A stretch of DNA of 64,000 bases from Chloroflexota bacterium (GTDB lineage: Bacteria; Chloroflexota; Limnocylindria; P2-11E), in NCBI GenBank assembly GCA_016194865.1, contig JACQAT010000005.1:12358-76357 (forward strand), read 5' to 3'. Under the pieces are notes generated by a model. It made no database searches. It saw only the letters and a program-made list of their open reading frames with translations, and was not told the origin of the DNA. The translations under genes were made by a program, and so were the position numbers. Shown in pieces: positions 38,494-46,167 of the stretch (position 1 is the first letter of the stretch; each line of letters starts with the position of its first letter).

Positions 38494-39705
38494 ATGCGCC
38501 CCTGGCACTTCGCGGTGCTGTGGCTCGCGCTCCTCGTCACCGCGATCGCGAGCGGGGTGGACCTCCTGTCGTACCTCTCGTACCTGCTGCTCTTCGTCGG
38601 CGTGACGATGTGGGTGATCTCGCGGATGACGCTCGAGGGGCTCTCCGTGAAGCGCGCGCTCGGACAGGCGTACGCGCATCTTGGCGACACCATCGAGCTC
38701 ACCTACGAGCTTCGCAACGATCACCGCTTCGGCAAGCTGTGGCTCGAGATCTTCGAAGAGTCGAACTGGCCCGAACCGCTTCCCGGCCGCGTGCTCTCGA
38801 TCGCCGGCGGCGGCAAGACGCGTCGCTGGAAGGTCCTGGTGAAGGCCGCGCGCCGCGGGCGGTTCCACCTCGGTCCGATCGTGCTGCGCAGCGGCGACCC
38901 GTTCGGCCTCTTCCAGACCGAGCTGCGCGTGCCGTCGAACGCGCTGGTGCTCGTGTACCCGCGCGTGGCGCAGCTCCCGTTCTGGCAGCTGCCGGGTTCG
39001 TTCCTCGAGGGCAACGTCCTCACCGGGCAGCGCTCGCTCCAATCGACCTCGATGGTCATGGGCATCCGTCAATACCAGCCCGGTGACGCGGTGAACCGCA
39101 TCCACTGGCCGTCGTCGGTCCGCCACCGCACGCTCCAGGTGAAGGAGTTCGAGCTCGACAAGACCGCCGACCTGTGGATCTACCTCGACCTCGAGCGCTA
39201 CTGGCACCGCGGCCAGGGCGAGGAATCGACCGAGGAGCGCGCGGTGACCGTCGCCGCGAGCATCGTGCAGAAGGCGCTGCGCCAGCATCGCAACGTGGGT
39301 CTCGTCACCACCGGGACCCACGTCGAGGTGTTCCATCCGGACCGCGGCACCAAGCAGTTCGGCAAGCTGATGCAGTTCCTCGCCGAGGTGTCCGTCGCCG
39401 GATCGCGCGGGCTCGCCGAGACGATGATCGAGACGCTCCCGCGCCTGCGGCGCGGCGCATCGTGCGTGCTCATCACCCCGTCGCTCGACCGCGCGTGGGT
39501 GCGCCCCGCCGGCACGTTCCGTGAATCGTCGATCGCGACGCAGGCCGTCATCGTCGCGCCGCCGGTCGAGACCGACGAGCGCGATCGCGCCAGGCGCCAC
39601 GCGCTCTTCGGGGAGCTCGCCGTCGCCGGCGTGAAGGCCGCCTACCTCTCGCCCGGCTCCGCGGTCGAGGACCTGTTCCACGAAACGGTCGGGCAGACCG
39701 CGTAG
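38494..39705 (+). CDS. DUF58 domain protein
   Basis: RG...LGP...GDPFGL, RQYQPGD..RIHW, VKEFE; follows MoxR. Confidence 0.9.
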   Translation: MRPWHFAVLWLALLVTAIASGVDLLSYLSYLLLFVGVTMWVISRMTLEGLSVKRALGQAYAHLGDTIELTYELRNDHRFGKLWLEIFEESNWPEPLPGRVLSIAGGGKTRRWKVLVKAARRGRFHLGPIVLRSGDPFGLFQTELRVPSNALVLVYPRVAQLPFWQLPGSFLEGNVLTGQRSLQSTSMVMGIRQYQPGDAVNRIHWPSSVRHRTLQVKEFELDKTADLWIYLDLERYWHRGQGEESTEERAVTVAASIVQKALRQHRNVGLVTTGTHVEVFHPDRGTKQFGKLMQFLAEVSVAGSRGLAETMIETLPRLRRGASCVLITPSLDRAWVRPAGTFRESSIATQAVIVAPPVETDERDRARRHALFGELAVAGVKAAYLSPGSAVEDLFHETVGQTA

Positions 39706-41961
39706 ATGATCGCGACGGCGCTGCGCGCGCTGTTCCCGCCCATCGCGTGGTCGCGGCTGCGCTTCCGAGGCGGGCTCGTCGCGCTGCCGATCTTCGTCGT
39801 GATGCAGCTCGTCTACCCCGCGTCGCTCGAGCAGGCCGAGTGGGTCGAGGCGACCTCCCAGTTCGCCGGTCTGGCGCTCTTCGCGCTCGCGCTCGGCACG
39901 GTCATCGGCAACGGCCGGCTGTCCGCGCGGCGCGCCAGCCTCGTCGGCGTGGTCAGCGGGGCCCTCGCGGTGTTCCTCTTCACCCTCGGCGTGAGCGACG
40001 CGGGTCCGCTGCACGCCCGCGCCGCCGCCCTCGGCATCAGGGTGAACAACTACCTCACGCAGGTCCTCGCGGGCGAGGCCGCGAGCGATCCGACGGTCTT
40101 CATCCTGTTCCTCGGCGCGTCGGTGTGGGCCTCGACGTTCGTCGGGTCGTTCGCGCTCGCGCGCTCGAAGCGCCTGTGGGACGCGATCCTGCTCTCGGGG
40201 TTCTGCCTCGTGGTGAACACGTCCCTGGCGCTCACGTCGCTGCTGCAGGACCTCGTGGTCTTCACGGTCTGCGTGCTGCTGCTGCTCGTGCGCCTCCACA
40301 TGGTCACGCTGCAGGAGCGCTGGGCGCGGCAGAACATCGTGCCGACCGGCGAGATGGACTGGCGGCTGCTGCGCGGCGGCCTCACCTGGACCCTGGTCCT
40401 CGTGATCATGGCGGTCGCGACACCGCGCGTCGGCGCGGCCGAGCTCGTGAACAACGCGTTCGGCTCGTTCGAGGGCCCCTACCACCGCGTCGAGGCCGAG
40501 TGGCAGCGCTTCTTTGCCGGCGTCTCCGGACCGAGCCGCCTGCGCGGCGTGTCGTTCTCGGACTCGATCCGGCTCGGCCAGGCGCCGAACCTCGGCGACC
40601 GCGTCGTGCTCAACGTCGACGCCCCGGCGGGCCACTTCTGGCGCGCCGTCACCTACGACTTCTACACCGGTCAGGGCTGGCGCACGACCGAGCAGGACAA
40701 GGCCGACAGGATCGACCCGAGGTACAGCGGCCGCGAGAAGATCGACGTCACCTTCGACGTCGTCGTCCCGCACGCGAACATCCTGTTCGCGCCGAACGAG
40801 CCGACGAAGGTGAACATCCCGTTCCAGTTCCAGACGGGCGAGGATCGCAACTACTCGACCTCGCTCCACGCCGTGAACCGCGCGCAGGCCGAGGGCCCGT
40901 ACACCGTGACGGCGCTCGTCTCGACCGCGGACAAGGTGACGCTGCGCAAGGCCACGACCGCGTATCCGGCGTACATCAAGACGAAGTACCTCCAGCTGCC
41001 CACCAGCCTGCCGCAGCGCGTGAAGGACAAGGCGCACACGATCGCCGACGGCAAGGCGACGCCGTACGACAAGGCCGAGGCGCTCGAGACCTACCTGCGC
41101 CAGAACTACAAGTACTCGACCGTCGTCCGCGCGCCGCCCGCGGGCCGCGACCCGGTCGACTACTTCCTCTTCGACCTCAAGGAGGACTTCTGCGAGTACT
41201 TCGCGTCGTCCATGACCGTGATGCTGCGCGAGCTCGGCATCCCGGCGCGCATGGTCGAGGGCTTCTCGACGGGCACGTTCGATCCGGAGCAGGGCCGCTA
41301 CATCGTGCGCGAGCTCAACGCGCACGCGTGGGTCGAGGCCTACTTCCCGCAGTACGGCTGGATCGAGTTCGAGCCCACGCCGTCGGAGACGGTGTTCCCG
41401 CGCGTCGAGGACGTCACGTTGATCAACGACGGGAGCGCCGTGGTCGGTGAGAACGGTGCGGTCCGCGACGCCAACGACCCGGACGCGCTCGGGCGCGACG
41501 AGAAAGAGGGCGCGGGCCCGGACGGCAGCGACAGCAGCTTCGCCGGCGGCGTGCTGAACGTGGTGCGGGAGATCGACCCGCGCCCGGCCATCGCCGCGGT
41601 GCTGCTGCTCCTGCTCGGCCTGCTCGCGGCGTACGCGCGCTTCGAGCTGCGCTTCCGGGATCTCGCGCCGATCGACCGGGCATGGGCGAAGACGCGGCTG
41701 CTCGGCTCCTACCTCGGCCATGCCCCGGCCGCGTCGCAGACCACCTACGAGTACGCCGACTCTCTCGGTCGCGCCGTGCCGGATGCGCACGGCCCGCTGC
41801 GCGACATCGCGCACGCGCGGGTCGTGGACCGCTACTCGAGGTCGGGCGTGACCGACGTCGAGCTCGACGCCGTGGAGAACGCCTGGGGCCGCGTCGCCCG
41901 GGCGCTCATCGCGCTCGTGCCGCAGCGGATCGTGCGGGCCATCGCGCGCTTCGTCCACTGA
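39706..41961 (+). CDS. Membrane transglutaminase-like protein (TgpA type)
   Basis: Multi-TM N-terminus, FCEYFAS (catalytic Cys), AHAWVEAYF, GWIEFEPTP. Confidence 0.92.
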   Translation: MIATALRALFPPIAWSRLRFRGGLVALPIFVVMQLVYPASLEQAEWVEATSQFAGLALFALALGTVIGNGRLSARRASLVGVVSGALAVFLFTLGVSDAGPLHARAAALGIRVNNYLTQVLAGEAASDPTVFILFLGASVWASTFVGSFALARSKRLWDAILLSGFCLVVNTSLALTSLLQDLVVFTVCVLLLLVRLHMVTLQERWARQNIVPTGEMDWRLLRGGLTWTLVLVIMAVATPRVGAAELVNNAFGSFEGPYHRVEAEWQRFFAGVSGPSRLRGVSFSDSIRLGQAPNLGDRVVLNVDAPAGHFWRAVTYDFYTGQGWRTTEQDKADRIDPRYSGREKIDVTFDVVVPHANILFAPNEPTKVNIPFQFQTGEDRNYSTSLHAVNRAQAEGPYTVTALVSTADKVTLRKATTAYPAYIKTKYLQLPTSLPQRVKDKAHTIADGKATPYDKAEALETYLRQNYKYSTVVRAPPAGRDPVDYFLFDLKEDFCEYFASSMTVMLRELGIPARMVEGFSTGTFDPEQGRYIVRELNAHAWVEAYFPQYGWIEFEPTPSETVFPRVEDVTLINDGSAVVGENGAVRDANDPDALGRDEKEGAGPDGSDSSFAGGVLNVVREIDPRPAIAAVLLLLLGLLAAYARFELRFRDLAPIDRAWAKTRLLGSYLGHAPAASQTTYEYADSLGRAVPDAHGPLRDIAHARVVDRYSRSGVTDVELDAVENAWGRVARALIALVPQRIVRAIARFVH

Positions 41962-42437
41962 GCGGGCCCGACCACCCGAACATCGAGCGCGTCCGCGCTC
42001 ACGCGAGCGCCTGCGGCGTCGAGCTCCCGGTCAAGCGCTTCAGCGGGACGACGCGGACCGCCGAGGACGCCGCGCGCGAGATCGGCTGCGGCGTCGCGGA
42101 GATCGTGAAGTCGCTCGTGTTCGTCGCCGACGGGTCGCCGGTCGTCGTGTGCTGCTCGGGCGCCCAGCGCGTCGACGAGCAGCGTCTCGCTGCAGCGCTC
42201 GGCGCGTCGCGCGTGCGGCGCTCGACCGCCGACGAGGCGAAGGACGCGACCGGCTTCCCGATCGGCGGCATCCCACCATTCGCCCACGCGACGCCGTGCC
42301 GCGTGCTCGTCGATCGTGGGCTGCTGGCGTACGAGACCGTGTGGGCCGCCGCCGGCCTGCATGACGCCGTGTTCCCGATCGCGCCGGCCGAGCTCGTGCG
42401 GCTGGCCGGCGCGACGCTCGCCGACGTCGCGGTCTGA
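41958..42437 (+). CDS. YbaK/EbsC family aminoacyl-tRNA deacylase
   Basis: TRTAEDAA..IG....IVKSLVF, TGFPIGGIPPF, WAAAG. Likely CTG start in a CTGA overlap. Confidence 0.85.
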   Translation: MSGPDHPNIERVRAHASACGVELPVKRFSGTTRTAEDAAREIGCGVAEIVKSLVFVADGSPVVVCCSGAQRVDEQRLAAALGASRVRRSTADEAKDATGFPIGGIPPFAHATPCRVLVDRGLLAYETVWAAAGLHDAVFPIAPAELVRLAGATLADVAV

Positions 42438-43366
42438 TGCGCGTCTTCGTCACCGGCGCGGCCGGCTTCGTCATGGGCGCCGTCGCGCGCGAGCTGCGCG
42501 CGCGTGGCGACGCGGTGGTCGCGCTGGTCCGCGATCCGGATAGGGCGGTCCGGCTGCGCGAGCTGGGCTGCGAGCTGGTGGTCGGCGACCTCGCCGCTCA
42601 GGCCGCGCTCGAGCGTGGCCTGAGCGGCGCGGCCGCGGCGATCCACGGCGCGGCGATCTACGAGGTCGGCATCTCGCGAGCGCGCCGATCAGCGTTGTTC
42701 GAGTCGAACGTGCGCGGCACCGAGCGCGTGCTGAGCGCCGCGCTCGCCGCGCGCGTCCCGAAGGTCGTGTACGTCTCGAGCGTCGTCGTGTTGGGCGACA
42801 CGCACGGCAAGATCGTCGACGAGGCATATCGGCGCGATCCCGGCTACACGTCGTACTACGACGAGACCAAGCATCGCGCGCACGAGATCGCGCTGCGCTT
42901 CATCGAGCGCGGCCTGCCCTGCGTGATCGTCCAGCCCGGCCAGGTCTACGGCCCGGGCGATCACTCCGGCATCGGCGGCGTGCTCCACGACGCGAGCCGC
43001 GGCCGGCTGCCGGCGATCGTCTTCGCGGATCTCGGCCTGGACTTCGTCCACGTCGACGACGTCGCGGACGGCATCCTGCTCGCGCTCGATCGCGGTCGTG
43101 TCGGGGAGTCATTCGTGCTCGGCGGCGAGAACGCGACCGTGCGTGACGCGCTGCGGACCCTCGCGCGCGTGACCGGCCATCGCGCGCCGCGGATCGAGAT
43201 ACCGGCCGCGCCGCTCCGCGCCCTCGCCCCGTTCAGCTCGCGCCTGCGCGAGATCCTCTCATCCGCCGATGGCGTGACGTTCTGGGCGAGAGATGACAAG
43301 GCGAGACAGGAGCTCGGCTACGCGCCGCGCGATCTCGAGACAGGACTGCGCCAGACGTATCACTAG
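42437..43366 (+). CDS. NAD-dependent epimerase/dehydratase family protein
   Basis: TGAAGFV, NVRGT, YDETK (YxxxK), VYGPGD, VHVDDVA. Confidence 0.9.
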   Translation: MRVFVTGAAGFVMGAVARELRARGDAVVALVRDPDRAVRLRELGCELVVGDLAAQAALERGLSGAAAAIHGAAIYEVGISRARRSALFESNVRGTERVLSAALAARVPKVVYVSSVVVLGDTHGKIVDEAYRRDPGYTSYYDETKHRAHEIALRFIERGLPCVIVQPGQVYGPGDHSGIGGVLHDASRGRLPAIVFADLGLDFVHVDDVADGILLALDRGRVGESFVLGGENATVRDALRTLARVTGHRAPRIEIPAAPLRALAPFSSRLREILSSADGVTFWARDDKARQELGYAPRDLETGLRQTYH

Positions 43367-43401
43367 GGGCGGCGCCGGATCGGTATACACGCGGTCGCAC
43401 G

Positions 43402-44292
43402 CTAGTGGCGGGGTGACGTCGGTCCTTCCCGGAGGAGGTCTACGACCGCGTCCGACATCTGTTGGCCCGCGAGATCCTCGTAGTGGGAGAACGCGGGCGA
43501 CGGATTGACCTCGAAGCAGTAAGGGGCGCCGTCGGCCCGGAACTTCAGGTCGAGCCCCGCGATCATCAGGCCGAGCTCAGCCGCCAGATGTCGACAGGCG
43601 TCCGCAACAGTGCTGTCAAGCTCATGTGGCGCGTAGCGCACGTGCGAACCGTAGCGCTGCGCATATCGATAGTCGATCGTATCGGTCTCGATCGCGGTCG
43701 CGAAGACGTCGCGACCGATGACGTGGACGCGCACATTCAACCCCTCGACGAATTCTTGGAACTGCACCGGCGACCATCGAACTCGGCTCAGATCCGCGTC
43801 TCTCGTCAGTTCGGTCACGATCGAGCGCACCGAGCTGATCGACTTGAACACCACCCGTGCGTGCTCACGAGCGAAGGCACGCACGCGGTCGGGGTCATTC
43901 GTTATCAGCGTGTCCGGCACGAGAAATCCCGCACGCGCGATCACCTGCAGCTGCCCAGGTTTCGAGTAGTTGGTTGCCATGAGCGAAGGTCGGTTCACGA
44001 CCAGAGCACCGGTGACTTCGAGCCAATCGGTGATCCGATCCACGAACCGTTGCGCGGCATGGTCCGTTGGTACCGGACGCTCGAGCCGCGCGTACGCGGC
44101 AGAGCGCTCCCCCAGCGGGAACGCAGCACCATCCAGCACCAGACACGCGTGGTCTGGTCCGTCGCCCTCCAGCCAGGCCCGGTCCGCAGGCTCATCCTGA
44201 TCCGCGAAGACGAAGGGAACAGATGCATCCTTGAGTGCCCGCGCGGTAGCCCGTACAGGGCCATCGCGGCCGCTGCCGAAGAGGAATATCAC
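43402..44292 (-). CDS. RimK-like ATP-grasp ligase (peptide maturase-like)
   Basis: VVNRP, SKPGQL, GFLVPDTLITNDP, VVFKS, FQEFVEG, VRVHVIG, DYR, GLDL, FEVNPSP. GTG 44292 in a GTGA overlap. Confidence 0.9.
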   Translation of the reverse strand: MIFLFGSGRDGPVRATARALKDASVPFVFADQDEPADRAWLEGDGPDHACLVLDGAAFPLGERSAAYARLERPVPTDHAAQRFVDRITDWLEVTGALVVNRPSLMATNYSKPGQLQVIARAGFLVPDTLITNDPDRVRAFAREHARVVFKSISSVRSIVTELTRDADLSRVRWSPVQFQEFVEGLNVRVHVIGRDVFATAIETDTIDYRYAQRYGSHVRYAPHELDSTVADACRHLAAELGLMIAGLDLKFRADGAPYCFEVNPSPAFSHYEDLAGQQMSDAVVDLLREGPTSPRH

Positions 44293-44990
44293 GATGCCGT
44301 TCGGGCGAGCTCGCGAAGGCGGGCCAGGAGCGCGTCTCCGCCAAGACGAAGGTCGGCGTCCAGCGACGCATCGGTGAATGTCCATCCCTCGGTACCGGCC
44401 ACGAGTCGGATCTCGACGAGTTCGGTCTGCGTACGTTGGCAGAGCGCCCGCGCAGCGTCTCGAAGCTCGGCGGGCAACTCGACTCCCACGGACTCGCCGT
44501 AGAGCAGCAGCGCGTACATCGTGGGCCGTTCCTCGGTGACCTCGATCCCGGCGTCCCATGGGTCGCGCGTCTCGAAGCCTGCACGCCGCGCGAGCGTTCG
44601 CCACTGCGCCGGCGAGCGATACGGGCCGCGCGGCCCGGAGCCGACAGGTCGGTTGAGCACGGGCCCTGGCAGGCAGTTCATCCAGCTCGCGAAGAGCGCG
44701 AGCGATTCCTCGTACGCATACTCGCGGTCGTCCTCAGTCGCAAGCGGCTGTGAGGGTGGGTGGTGGCGGTTCAGCACCAGACCGACGGTCTGCTCGGTGA
44801 GGTTCCGCCCGTCGGCGAGCTCGATGGTGAACGCATTCCGTTCGCCCGCGACCGTGTGCTCGATACGCAGAGCGCTTGCGAGCTCCCCTGAGCCCACGAG
44901 GTCGATGTCCGTGCCCATGGCTCGAAGCCGAAGATAGGCCCACAGAGCGCTCTCGTCTCGACTGTCGCAGATCACCAGAGCGCGGCGCAT
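44289..44990 (-). CDS. Degenerate ATP-grasp-like protein
   Basis: Pre-ATP-grasp-like N-terminus, VLNRP, ARRAGF; short, with no recognisable E-x-N motif. ATG 44990; translationally coupled to the ligase. Confidence 0.65.
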   Translation of the reverse strand: MRRALVICDSRDESALWAYLRLRAMGTDIDLVGSGELASALRIEHTVAGERNAFTIELADGRNLTEQTVGLVLNRHHPPSQPLATEDDREYAYEESLALFASWMNCLPGPVLNRPVGSGPRGPYRSPAQWRTLARRAGFETRDPWDAGIEVTEERPTMYALLLYGESVGVELPAELRDAARALCQRTQTELVEIRLVAGTEGWTFTDASLDADLRLGGDALLARLRELARTAS

Positions 44991-45012
44991 CCCAGAACCG
45001 CGACGCTTGCTA

Positions 45013-45705
45013 CTACGCGCTCGTGTCCCGCGCGTCCTTCCGCAGCCGGGCCGACTCATCGCGATCCCGCAGCTCGGCCGCCACCGCGAGCAATGCGGCG
45101 CTGCTCGGATCCGCAGGCGTAGGTCCGACCCGCGGCCGCAACGTCGCGTCTATGAAGTGACGCAATTCGCCGCGCGCACTCGGCGTGTCGCCATCCTTGC
45201 CCTTGTCGCTGCTGTCCTTCGTGCTGTCCTTCGTCTTATGCGGGCCCTCGGTCGGGTCCTTGTCGGCGGAGTCCTTGTCGTCCTTGCTCGCCTTCGTGCG
45301 AAGCGCGCCTTGTTCACGCGGTCCTTTTTCGTCTGGCTTATCGCCAGGCTTGTCACGGGACTTGTCGTCAGGTTTATCCCAACTGTCGAGCTTGTCGCCC
45401 GGTTTCTCTTTGTCCTTGTCAGTCTTATCCCCGGGCTTCTCGAATGGCTTCTCCGGCCTCGCGCTCGCGAACGGGAGCTCCGCCGCCTCACGCTCCTTGG
45501 GCTTGTCTCCGTCCTTCGTCTTGTGCGGACCCTCGCTCGGGTCCTTTGGGCCTGGATCCGTGATCGGCCGTGGAGGCTGTTCTCGCGCTTTCTCCGATAC
45601 CTTGTCTCCGTCCTTCGTCTTGGGCGGACTTTCCCGCGGATCCTTGGGTGGATCCTCACGGCCCTTCTCGTGCGGCACCTTGGCAAACCGAGCCTGGCTG
45701 GCCAT
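45013..45705 (-). CDS. Repetitive Lys/Asp/Glu/Pro-rich protein, candidate ATP-grasp substrate (precursor)
   Basis: GGGAAAGGA RBS before ATG 45705; 230 aa; KDPxExPxKTKD three times and many DK units; first gene of the ATP-grasp cassette. Confidence 0.7.
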   Translation of the reverse strand: MASQARFAKVPHEKGREDPPKDPRESPPKTKDGDKVSEKAREQPPRPITDPGPKDPSEGPHKTKDGDKPKEREAAELPFASARPEKPFEKPGDKTDKDKEKPGDKLDSWDKPDDKSRDKPGDKPDEKGPREQGALRTKASKDDKDSADKDPTEGPHKTKDSTKDSSDKGKDGDTPSARGELRHFIDATLRPRVGPTPADPSSAALLAVAAELRDRDESARLRKDARDTSA

Positions 45706-45823
45706 CTCTGATCCTTTCCCGGCGCTGGCGCGCCCGAAACCCACGCGCAAAGGGGTGGGCTTGACCGCTACGTCGTGAGCACCGAGGACAATAGGACCAG
45801 CGTCAAGTTCAACGTAGCGAGAG

Positions 45824-46144
45824 CTACGGTCGCTCCTCCTCGTCGTCGCCGTCGTCGTCGGACTCGAACTCGTCGGAGTAGAAGCCGAGCTCCTCGCCCT
45901 TGAACACCGTGACCAGGAAGTCCTCGCGCTCGGGGTCGTGCGTCTGCACGAGCTCCTCGTCGAGCTGGTCGATCAGCTGCTGGAGCTCGTCGTCCTGGAG
46001 GTCCACCTCGAGGAGCAGCGTCGCATTGACCTCGAAGCGGCCGTAATGCAGGTCCACGCGGCCGATGCGGCGCGCGCCGCCGTAGATGGCGAACACCTCG
46101 CTCGCCTCGGTGCGGACCGCGCGCTCGAACCTCGCTGCTTCCAT
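45824..46144 (-). CDS. Hypothetical acidic protein (106 aa)
   Basis: ATG start after a TAGAGT -10-like box, host-like codon usage, FER..RT..SE..GRVDLHY pattern. Confidence 0.75.
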   Translation of the reverse strand: MEAARFERAVRTEASEVFAIYGGARRIGRVDLHYGRFEVNATLLLEVDLQDDELQQLIDQLDEELVQTHDPEREDFLVTVFKGEELGFYSDEFESDDDGDDEEERP

Positions 46145-46167
46145 GAGGGCTGGACTCTACACGCCCG

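Noticed and set aside
38464-41958. 1164-aa minus-strand ORF and many other long antisense ORFs (e.g. 18154-20826, 35589-38177, 46766-49018)
   Set aside because: They shadow well-supported genes on the opposite strand and are Arg/Ala-rich without motifs, as expected in high-GC DNA.
45200-45650. Repeats considered as a CRISPR array
   Set aside because: The units are degenerate at synonymous positions, irregularly spaced and in frame, and there are no cas genes.
45007-45778. Plus-strand hydrophobic and Ser/Leu-rich ORFs over the repeat gene
   Set aside because: These are antisense reflections of the Lys/Asp repeats. The minus-strand frame has an RBS and is co-directional with the ATP-grasp genes.
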